A stretch of DNA of 64,000 nucleotides from Phoronis australis (Eukaryota > Animalia > Phoronida), in contig NMRA01000131.1 in assembly GCA_002633005.1 (NCBI GenBank), positions 835,139 through 899,138 on the forward strand, given 5' to 3'. Position numbers and translations under genes: made by a program. Of this stretch, positions 53,353 through 64,000 are shown piece by piece (position 1 is the first letter of the stretch; the number at the start of each line of letters is the position of its first letter). The notes below the pieces were generated by a model. That model saw only the letters and a program-made list of their open reading frames with translations, made no database searches and was not told the DNA's origin.

Positions 53353-53637
53353 TTTTTTCATCTTCATCTTCAACAATCATATAGGCCAAATAGGGTTGTA
53401 CTAGTCAAGCGTTCCCACATGACTTTTCATCTTCATCTTCAACAATCATATACGCCAAATAGGGTTGTACTAGTCAAGCGTTCCCAAATGACTTTTCATC
53501 TTCATCTTCAACAATCAAATACGCCAAATAGGGTTGTACTAGTCAAGCGTTCCCAAATGACTTTTCATCTTCATCTTCAACAATCACATAGGCCAAATAG
53601 GTTGTACTTAAGTCAAGCGTTCCCACATGACTTTTCA
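53353..53637. repeat. 69-bp minisatellite, ~4 copies
   Basis: cttttcatcttcatcttcaacaatcatataggccaaatagggttgtactagtcaagcgttcccacatga repeated. Confidence 0.95.
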
Positions 53638-54387
53638 AGCTACACTCATACATCCTGTACACATCAATCAAAATAATAGAAAGTTGTCCAGGGTCTTTTG
53701 ATTTTTTGTTCTTTGGTTTGGCTTTTAGCCTGCTCTTGAGCATAATGATAGGGATTTCTGTCTCTTGGCTTCGCGTTGTAGACAGATTTTCTGATGTTTA
53801 GCCTTAGCCTGACTTGGTGAAACAAGCTGATTTTTAACCCAAAGTGAAATGAGCCTCTTCAAGAAACAGCCCCAGAATGCAAAGTTGAAAAGGGAAAGCT
53901 GGAGTATGATGACAGTGCTTCAAAATTTGTATACAAAGTCAAATATGAGATTTCAATAGGTATGTGTAAATAGGAGACCAGCATAGCTTAATCAATCATG
54001 CCAGACATGATCTCCTACGTACTGGTACGTTGCATGCATCACCTGGTACGTAGAGTGATGTGGGAAGATAGTCCCTCAAATGAGTCAACATGTACAATTT
54101 GACTCATACTTCAGGTTAGATGTACTCATAAATGTCAAATTGATGAAAGTTGTGCAAAACATTAAGAACGGTAAAGTACCTAGTGAGATGTAAGGATTTC
54201 TATAAAATGGCTGCGGCGTTTAACCAGGTGCATTTCCAGTTTTAAGCAGTTTTGAAAAAGAACATTTTCAAAGATTCCAAAACCGTAATGCTTCGAACAC
54301 CTTTTTAGCATACAGTACGACGGCCACTTGAAATTACGTTTCACAAAATTTCTCAACAGAACAAAAAGACTTGAATACTTAAGATTA

Positions 54388-55740
54388 CCATATTCATTCT
54401 AATAAACGCCCATGCCCCTATAAGCACCCCCTACACGTTTTCAGACTTTGCTAAAATCAGCGCCCAGTCCATGAACGGGTACGTGCAAAAAATGCCTTAT
54501 CTAATGTCCTAAAATCCTACAGTAACGTTTCAATTTATCAATAATATCCGACAGACCTGAAAAAAATCATTGAGCGCGGAGTTTCCTCCGTGCCTCAAAA
54601 ATAACGTAAAAATTTTGTTGATCTTGCAAGGAATGCATGTCGTACTATGGCCTTTAAGAACATACGCACCATACTTGTCAATGGGATTGTATTGTAGATA
54701 CTTCCCATCCTCAACAGGAATCCAAGTTTCTTCAACACGAAGACTAATAAAAAAACTCGACTAGTGTTAAAAGCACGTGGCCAGGAAGCACGCGCTACAT
54801 ACATGAACCTGTCATAAAAGACATTAGCCGGGAACTATCCATTCATGAAACGGGTAGTATAGCATCGACAAAAAATAAATATTGTCACTAATTTCCGGCA
54901 GTTTCTAATACCATAAAAATTTTTGCATTATTTCTAAGAGGGATTGTTTGATAAACCATAATTTGTATTTTTAAAGCCAAATATCTAATAAAATGACTAC
55001 TGACCTGACAGTGAATGCTTACACACCCTTAAACCAAAAAAAAAAACTGTCAGACAGTCACGTACCCATCCAGCCATACGGCAACTAATATGGGCCATAC
55101 CGAGACAATTGTCGAACGTTTTTTAGCAGACGAGACCGACAAGTGCTGAATGAAAGACGTTCTGCTTTCTGCTTGTGCTAATTTCTTTAGATACAATGCA
55201 CATCTAGCTCGTTAGATTGCGTTCATGCTCTGGCAAATGAACTCTGGTGACACGCACATGCTCGCTTACTCACACACGCAGACGGACTTCAAAACAAACG
55301 TCACGTGACAACAACATGTCCAGAGATTTTTTTTCGTGTTACCGGGTAGGCCTATGATCATAGATGGCACCATCTAGCACAGATTTGGACTTAACCTGCC
55401 ATTAATAAAGAACTTAAAAATCTTAGGGATGCTATCTGGAAAACATAAGGATTTCAGGTAATTTGCTTGAGTTGAAACTGTATTTTTATTCAAGCATTCA
55501 AGTTGCCATATCGATGATTGCATTGAGTCAGTCGGCGAGTTTTTCGCCCTGGGATTTATGCACAATGTTTTGTAAAATGATCGCAATTTAACAGCAAAGT
55601 TTGATAGCAATGCACCACAATTTTGTAGAAAGTCTGTCATAGGTTACACATACGTCACAGAGTGTAAATATGATGATTCTTAGCTTCCGATTTCATCCGT
55701 CTCGGAGACCGGGTTTCAACCGCCTTGGGTTACAATAAAC
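54388..55740 (-). mobile_element. Tc2/pogo-HIRAN element copy C (one end truncated)
   Basis: TA|CCATATTCATTCTAATAAACGCCC terminus, reverse complement of copy B. Fragments ETWIPVEDG..QYNPIDKYGAYVLK..IPCKINKI..FLRHGG across frameshifts. Confidence 0.83.
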
Positions 55741-58735
55741 ATAGAAAAATCATTCAGTGATTAATTATGTGCAAACTATGTGAAGAATAACAGTAGTCTG
55801 GAATCAAAAGCATGCATTACACACCTAATATGTAGACATGTCTGATTCACTACTGAGCTTTACAGGAATGTGGAGTAGTAACCAGCTAAAGACAATGTTC
55901 AATCACATCTAAATCACATATCAATGATGCTTAATTGTTAACGGACTTCTGAGATGAGATATATCATACCATCATAGCTGAAATCAATATCTTAAAATCA
56001 TGGGAGAAATCTGAAGTCATAACAAATCTTTAGCAACAGTCAATAACTAGGGCACACTGGAGGAATCTTGTCATGAAGTCAAAAACTAGGACACACTGGA
56101 GGAATCTTGTCACAAAATCACTTGTTCTTAATGTTTCATGTACAAATACAGAAGAATTAGGTCAAGTTTTATAAACCTGTAGTTATAGAATAACTGTGGA
56201 CCTGACAAGACAAAGCATGATGACACACCCCATACAGTAAATGATTCACAATAAAACAAGGGAGTACCAATATTTGAACCAGCTCATCAATAAATCTCAG
56301 CATTTAGGTATGTGTCTGAAAATACAATTTACACAAATTTGCGATATTACCCTATTCCTGCAAAGAACAAGCATTGCTGCAAACTATGACATGTTCAACT
56401 GTACTAGTTTTTTTTTTCTGAAGATGCCATCTTGATGAAGCAGTTGTGTGAACCATCTGATGCAAACAGACTAATATTCACAAGCATACTAAGTAGAGTT
56501 ATTGAAGCTCTTAATTTGCCAACTGAAGGATTAGTGGTATTTTTTTAAATGATCGAATTTAAGTTCAATTTCGTAATAACACTAGTTTTGTGTGAGTGCA
56601 AAACCACAAATAACACTTTGGGATGTGGACTTCTCACCACAATTCTCAGTTCACTAAAGTGGATAAAATGTTGACCTCCATGCCAGCACCTTCACCAGTA
56701 AGGAGAATGTGGCTCACATGAACTACTACAAGTGTCACTTTTGCTGACACTGCTGGTGTTTTCACTAACACCTTTGTGTAGCAAGACCACTTCCTTCAAA
56801 GTGTACACATGCCCACCAGTAAGAGGCCTTTCTTCATCATCGCATAATTAATCAATTTATGAAAGGGAGTGAACATATTTTCACATCAAGTTTCCCTTAA
56901 AAGCAGTTCCAATGGTGACAAAATACCTGCTGTTGAAAATGACCCCAATGCAGTTTCCCTTATATCCATAGTCCCTATGTACAAATCATTGTAAAATACA
57001 TTTAATTTATATTTCTAAATAATCTTGCAATTGTATTTTATTTCACTGTACATGTACTTTTTTCTGTTGTTAGCATTTTTGTTCTTCTTAATTGTTATTA
57101 ATTCATAGTTACTCAGTGGTCAGCTATAAGTGACCGTGCTTTGATGACCACCCAGTCATATCACAATGTATGTTTTTGCATGATTTAAAAAATAAAGTTG
57201 GTTTCTCTCTCTCAAACAACTCTTCTATATGACTGATATTCTAGAGCATTTTCACTAGCACTTTAATTGCTAGTGTTTTCATCACTCATGTGATCCTGCC
57301 TGATTTAGGGTTGATGATGAGAAGGCCCATTAGAAGCGAAACTTCGCTTTTACTGAAGTTTTGTTAAGTGGGAAAGGTTAACTACTTCGTTAAAAACTAG
57401 GATATAAAAGTAAAGCTTTAGTATTCACCGAAACTTCGGAGTAGTGGAAAAGCTCACAGCAAAACTTCACTGAAGTTATCAGTAAAAGTCGCCGCAAGGT
57501 TATGCGATCACGCAAGACTCGCAAAACGTGTTCTTTGTTATTCTAGCGTACCCGGCATGCTCTGAATGGACACGCGTAAAAAAATAAAAGAAAGCATATT
57601 TCGAGAAGAATGACAATGATCATTTTCATAAACACTTGTAAATGGCAGGAAAACTATTTTCAGTAACCCCCAAAACCACTACCCAATATTCGATTGAGAG
57701 TACGAATGAACTGCGTCGTCTGGTATCTTAGCGATACGGTAACTTCAATATCGTTGTCTAGACAGAAAGGAAAATGGAGTTTTGGTGAAGCTTTGGTAAA
57801 ATGAAGTTTCTTTAATGGGAAAGCGGCAAACCTTGTACTTTTTAACCATAAAACGGATGAGACTTCCAATCCACTCTCTAATCAGAGGACATGTAAATAA
57901 CGCAATGTCACTGAGCACAAGATTTGAACCTTGACCTGACAAGATTAGTTGCAAGGTACCAAAGGAAAAGATGGTTTAGATGTAAAATACAAACTTAGAA
58001 CTAATGTAAGTAGTTACTCCCAGAAGTTGGTTACCGTAGTATCCTCTTATGGAATTTTGAATACAGCAATTCAGCCATTGGGAAGACTCGGTACAATGGC
58101 TTGAATGCTAGTTGATCTGGTTATGAATATATAGAGCTGCTGAATGTCTGGCTAATTATTAAGGTGTTTAATACACAAAGCCAATTACACTGATGAAAAA
58201 TGAACCCAATTTATATATGCAATAATAAATTTCTTCACTGAATTATGCACAGGGAAACAATTCCAAGCTGAAGAACATTCATTTGCAATATACATACCTG
58301 AAGCTGTTGCATTAAAAGAACAAATCTTTGTAAAGATATTTGAAGAACTGTCACTAGTCTTCAGACCACTCAAGCAACACAAACTACAAGCTAAGCCAGC
58401 GAAAATAAATTCTGTCATGACACAGTATGAAGCTGCAGTCAACAATGCAAGTACAGAACTGAGTGAGGGTGAAGACAAACAGACATCAAGCATCAAGTAT
58501 GGCTGTACCTAGCTAAAACCCCTATCTGCCACACAGGAATCTACCAGTATGTACGGTAAGAATTCTCCAGTTTAGGACAGTAAAATTCCTTTTTTAATGT
58601 GGGAGCTTGTACCAAACTTTATAAAAAGTTAACACTGACCATCCAACAATTACAATCAATGACAAACAGTCATTCACCTTAACACTTTGTCTACATGACT
58701 GAACTGTACAGGAGGCCATCCACACATGACACCAG

Positions 58736-59167
58736 TGCCCGGTTGCACGAAACAGTCCCAAATAGGTACTCAATTAAGGTCCCTAAATCTACTGCGTATT
58801 TAAGGGCTTGTGAAAACATTGATTGTCCTATCTTATGCTGTTTGAGTATCATCACTATGCTAATTTTGGCTTTGATACAAATCGAGAGTGAAATCTAGTT
58901 TGAATTCTCAATATTATTGAAAATAAGTAGGGATCTTTTCATGCAATGCCCCCAATTTAAGGACTAAGTCCCAAACTATTTTGATTGAATTAGGGTTCAG
59001 TCATTAGTTGTATTATTAGAAAATATCATTATTCAAAGAAGAGATCACAATAAAGATAAAATTATAGAAAAAATATTACATCTGTGACTAAAGACCGAAA
59101 CAAATACAAAAACGATTCCGGGAACTTAGTAGAGTCCCTATTTGGGACTGTTTCATGCAACCGGGCA
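58736..59167. mobile_element. PIF/Harbinger-like MITE
   Basis: cag|TGCCCGGTTGCACGAAACAGTCCCAAATAGG ... CCTATTTGGGACTGTTTCATGCAACCGGGCA|ctg. ~30-45-bp TIR with 3-bp CWG flanks. Confidence 0.8.
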
Positions 59168-62100
59168 CTGTCAGACTAACTGTACACGGCTCTCTATAAA
59201 TGACTGAAACACACCAGAATAACTAACAGTACACCGGGCTCTCCATCAGTGTCACTATTACCTCTTGTAACAGAAAGATAAGAGATTGTTTCAATACTTC
59301 CAGCGACTATGTATCAAGCATTCAAACAAAAAGTTTAGTCATGTTTTCAACAACAAAGTATTGTAACAGGGAGAATAAAAGCTAGATATGTCTGAACATT
59401 TCTAAAAACATCATGATGTAAATCCCATGTAATTCAATTAACTCTGAATTATGAGATGGGACACTGTGAACAATTGGCAATATTTTGTATGTTTTTACTG
59501 TAAAACAAGCTTAATCTTTAGCAATGATCAATCATTTGCATGCAAGACCACAAGGATAGGATATAAAACTCATTTCTTGACGATTTCAAGAAATTAGTTA
59601 AGTTGTTCAGAAGCTAACCTCAATTGATCAAAAATCTTGAAAAAGGGACACAATAACAACAACGTTAAACACCAGTCCATCAACCATTAGGTGCAAATAA
59701 CTGATTTTGGCCAGAGTTCTTGGTGCAAAATCTTAATTTTCGTGAAGGCGTTTAAATTGAAAACCTCAAAAATCAGGGCAGCCAGTTTTAAGCTAAGTAT
59801 AGGCATTTCAAACCAAATAATGGGCGCTTACAAGAACTGCTAGTTTTGGAGTAACATCCAGGGCAGATGCATTCATGTAAGTCATACAACAGGACAGACA
59901 GAAAGCACACGATGTGCAACTTGTGACTTACAGGTTGAGGGACTCAAGTAAACAAGGACAAAAGTATCATCTTTGAGAAATCCAAAATTAAGGCGGGTCA
60001 TGTGACCAGGCAAGGCAGTTTGAAGGGGAAGTGTTAACCCAGGCGAGTTCTATGTTACATCTTGAAATAAGAACTCTAAAACTACCGTAGATTAAGATCT
60101 TGCTTTGACACTGATTTTGTTTCTGATGAACGTCTATGGGAAGAAGCAGTTGTACACCTGATTCTTTTCTTGTTTTCTAACTTCATAGTGCAATGAGCCG
60201 ACTTTAGGCTACCAGTTGGTTAAAAATACAATTAATATTAAAAGACGACAGACAGTTATCAAAACACTAAGTTTCTTCAACAATGTTATATCGCCTGGTG
60301 CGAGCAGTTGGCAATTTGGGCAACTGAATGAAGTTGAAGGACTGCTCAGAAAAAAGTATGACTATGGGAGCATTTGTTCTAGATGGAAAGAATGAAACAT
60401 CGACAGCCTCCTAAGGTGTCCCTCCCTCTATGAGTAAAAGCAACATGACTGTTTAATCAGTGTAAGGCATAACTGGCTGAAATGCTTTCAACGTATCAAG
60501 GCCACTATGGGCGTGCTGTTGCAGCCCAAACTGATGCCTGCAACAAACTGAAGCTACTATATTTTCCCACATTACTGCAAACAGAGTATGCATTTTTAAT
60601 GGTTATTAGAACCGATATTGGTAACAAAGTTAATGAGTGCAAAGCGGTGCGTGGTAGTTTCTCGAGACACTTCCCCAGTGTGATTAAACCTACAAACATG
60701 ATCATCCATTTCAGTTCTTATAACAGTTGAAAAATCCATAAACCATTGAAAGTAATTCGGGAACTTAAGGTAGCTTCAGTTTAGCATAGGCATCAGTTTG
60801 GCCCACCAACCCGCGCCAAACTGAAGTGACCCAAATCAGTTTGAGCTGTAAGTGCACCACCATCTCTAATGTTAACTACAAACAGTGGCACTGTCTACCC
60901 GAAGCATAGGCAACACGTAGCCCCTCGGTTGGCCGGTTAGGGGCTACAACACTTCCCATCGCTTTCTGTACGAATTTCATCCCGTGTATTTTAAATGGGC
61001 AGTAGGCCAAATCCAGCCACCGATTAGGAGTTTTCACCTCGTCAAAAATATATTCCACGCTTAAAACTATCACTTAAAAAAGCGCTTACTTTCTTCAGTG
61101 GTCCTTTCTACTTCTTCACATATCTTTGATGGATCTTAGTTATGAGAATTAAGTTGACTTTAGTGAAGAATTTCAACTCCACTTTTTTGGTCACCGTTAA
61201 CTTTTTCACCNNNNNNNNNNNNNNNNNNNNNNNNNNNNNNNNNNNNNNNNNNNNNNNNNNNNNNNNNNNNNNNNNNNNNNNNNNNNNNNNNNNNNNNNNN
61301 NNNNNNNNNNNNNNNNNNNNNNNNNNNNNNNNNNNNNNNNNNNNNNNNNNNNNCCCCCCCCCCCCCCCCCCCCGAGATAACCACAAAGTATTTCAACTAT
61401 GTCACGTGAGTTAGGCAAAGGCTAGCGCGAGACTGAGCGAAGCGCGTGACGCTGGCGCGTGACACTTGCAAAACAGCATGGGAAGGTATCAGGTGAACTT
61501 TGTAAGATTTGTGTCCCTTGGACTTTTTATTCGCTAACATGCATGATTTCACGTAACTTCCTCAAAATGGCACCCGGTAAGAGAAACTTGAGCAAACCGT
61601 GACAGATTTTCATCGATTTGTTCAAATTATCTTGACTGAATCATTTCCAGACTTATGGTATGTGTTAATTATAATTCCATGAGCATATATGCATGTTTCA
61701 TTTGATCTTATTTCCTGTATTTTGAAATTAGTAACTTTTTGTGGGGATGTCACCCCTGTGCCCTGTATGCTTGCAGCATCCAGGCCGATGTAATTGTCTA
61801 CACGAAGCAGAGCTCACACAATTGACCTATGAGAGACAGAGCAGAACAGTTTACTCAATTCACCCTTTAACACATTACTGTTCCTTGGGTTTGCCTAATT
61901 CTCAAAATCACGACACAGTCATGTCACAGACCAACAAAACTTTTTACACAGTTCGAAAGTTTTTTAGCACAGCAGTGAGCAGCTTCTGTATCAATGGCAA
62001 CACTATTGCAAAAGTCAAAAGAAAGTTTTTTAATTTTGGATACTGATATGACGTACAGTCAGTCAATGAGTTGACTTATTTAGTCTGGACGAATCTTTTT

Positions 62101-63668
62101 CTCACCTGTTGCTGATTTCTGAAGAGCAGTCGAGCAGACAAACGTCAGTGAGAAAAGCAGATAAAAACTCAACCGAGCGATTGACTGGAGCATAGCTTTT
62201 CCAAAATAACGTGAATTGTCTATGACAAAGTCACCAAATTTGAAACTTTTCAGCTACTGTCACGACATTTTCGAGACGAGATGAAACACAAAAGAAATAG
62301 ACTTTGATCAAAATCCACATACGCTACACCAACAGAATTGATTTGACATTTGAGCGCTAGGTGGCAGGGAATATGACAAAAATATCTTTTTCATATTACC
62401 TTGTTTTTGGCATAACATATCATTTTTTGTCTATAAAAGATCAAAAAAATGTTCATAGTTTGAAAATTTAAGTTTTATTATCTTATTAGCTATTTTTAGA
62501 CGCAAAAAGGTATATATTGCGTCTCCGGTAAAAACGCTACTTGGTTCATAAAATGAGGTGCTATTCCGATAACACTGACTTGTGGCTTTCCTATTCGTCG
62601 GTGCAAAACGTAAACACAGACATGGCGAACACTCGCCCGGGTGAGTTGGCACTTGTCAAATTTGACAAATATATAGAAGTAAAAATAGTTTATCATAAAT
62701 TGATTGATTTAAATGGAAAGTAAAAGTGGTGTTCATAGAGTTGGGAAATTTGTGTACAATTTGAAAGTGGTTATTTGATTTTCTGATTTAATTTGGCATC
62801 AAAACAGATTCAGATTCAGAACTAGCCAGCCAGCTAGCTGTATGAATGTATGATGTATGAAGACTGTCGTCAAAATACATCTAGGTCCCACTGAGTGTAT
62901 TTCTTCCGTAGACCCCGAAATTGCACACAGCCAGGGTAGTTCAGCTCATCAACTCGCTTTCAAAATCTGGGAGTCGACCGACACTCACCTTACCATTATG
63001 TTACAGCCGTAAATGTGAAAAACAATGCAATAAACGTCATTTTCTTGCGTCTCCGCCTTGTCTAACAAACAATGAAAAGTATGTCATCGTTTTGAAAACA
63101 ATTTGCTCGTGTCACCTGCACGCGCTATTTCCTAAGTTTTTGCGACATCTCTCGGGAGATGATGGTTATAGCTTCGCAGCAGCAAAATTTCTTCTGAAAT
63201 TCGGTTTTTCGGTATCAAAATTCTAAAAATTTACATTGAAGTGAAACCAGCTCCTATAATTTGTTGTGACGTGTACGCAACTTCTTGAAAGAAGAACAGT
63301 TGATTGAAGAATTGGCGAAAAAAGAAACTGGCCAATAGGTGACGCAATATTTCATGGCGCCGAAAGCCGTCGCTAAAGTTCGCTTCACAACTTTAGCAGC
63401 AGAATAACGGCAGAACTCCATTTTTTCCAATACCGTTAAATAATTTCGTTTACTCAAGGAAGACTGCGGTGTTTAAGGACACTAATATTGTGTCAGATTT
63501 TATCTTACCACTTTTTTTACCCGCATCGCTGCAAAGCTGTATATTTATACAGCTTTGTACCCAGGCTAATCCAGAACATGAGAACGCCAGACAAGAGAAG
63601 CCAGCCAGCTAGTATGAAGACTATCGTCAAAATACAGTTAGGTACGACTGTGTGTTGAGCTCTGACAG

Positions 63669-63826
63669 CAGGGACGGATCCAGGATTTTGATTTGGGGGG
63701 CCATGGCAAAGTATTAGCCAGGAATTTGCCCTTCAGACATTCGCACCACCTATACTGTCAAATGGAATCTGGGAGAAATTTAATTGGGGGCATGGCCCCC
63801 TTGGCCCCCCTCTAAATCCGCCATTG
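63669..63826. mobile_element. ~158-bp hAT-like MITE inside a local duplication (62825-63030 vs 63598-63985)
   Basis: gacag|CAGGGACGGATCCAGG...AATCCGCCATTG|tacag. Absent from the paralogous segment near 62905. Confidence 0.72.
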
Positions 63827-64000
63827 TACAGACCCCGAATTTTCACTTAATCCAGGTAGTTCTGCTAGTCACCTGGTCATGAAACTTGTAGAGCTAAAGA
63901 TCAGCAGTGTTTGCAAAATCTGGTAGTAAACTAACACTCACCTTGCCCGTTGCAGCCGTTTAAGTGAAAAACAATGCAACAAACATTGTTTTTTGGATGA

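Noticed and set aside
57312-57345. tgatgagaaggcccattagaagcgaaac, possible degenerate hammerhead
   Set aside because: Lacks the CUGA core and stem II pairing.
58185-58500. Open reading stretch on both strands
   Set aside because: No recognisable motif or convincing splice sites.
62100-62160. Strong minus-strand donor-like site (cag|gtgag) as a candidate upstream cyclase exon
   Set aside because: The adjacent sequence does not encode the expected coiled-coil or kinase-homology peptide.

Overview
Animal (invertebrate-like) genomic DNA, AT-rich, with three N gaps (6991-7003, 43214-43444, 61211-61353). It holds the 3' ends of two convergent spliced genes. On + are the last three coding exons of prohormone convertase 2 (1-1481). 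On - are the last six coding exons of a receptor/NPR-type guanylyl cyclase (34899 down to 16020); its next upstream exon was not found in the window. The rest is intergenic or intronic and packed with transposon relics: a degenerate Academ transposon, two Kolobok derivatives with THAP and KolX-like fragments, four copies of a Tc2/pogo-type element carrying a HIRAN-like pseudogene, two LINE fragments, a BEL/Pao LTR+PBS+gag stub, a tRNA-derived SINE, MITEs and minisatellites. The most striking structure is a 7-kb array (4781-11745) of ~674-bp units. Each unit is a TAG...CTA TIR-bounded MITE with Academ-like ends, joined end-to-end without target DNA, and the array flips orientation near 8870. 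All alignments and identities were read by eye.
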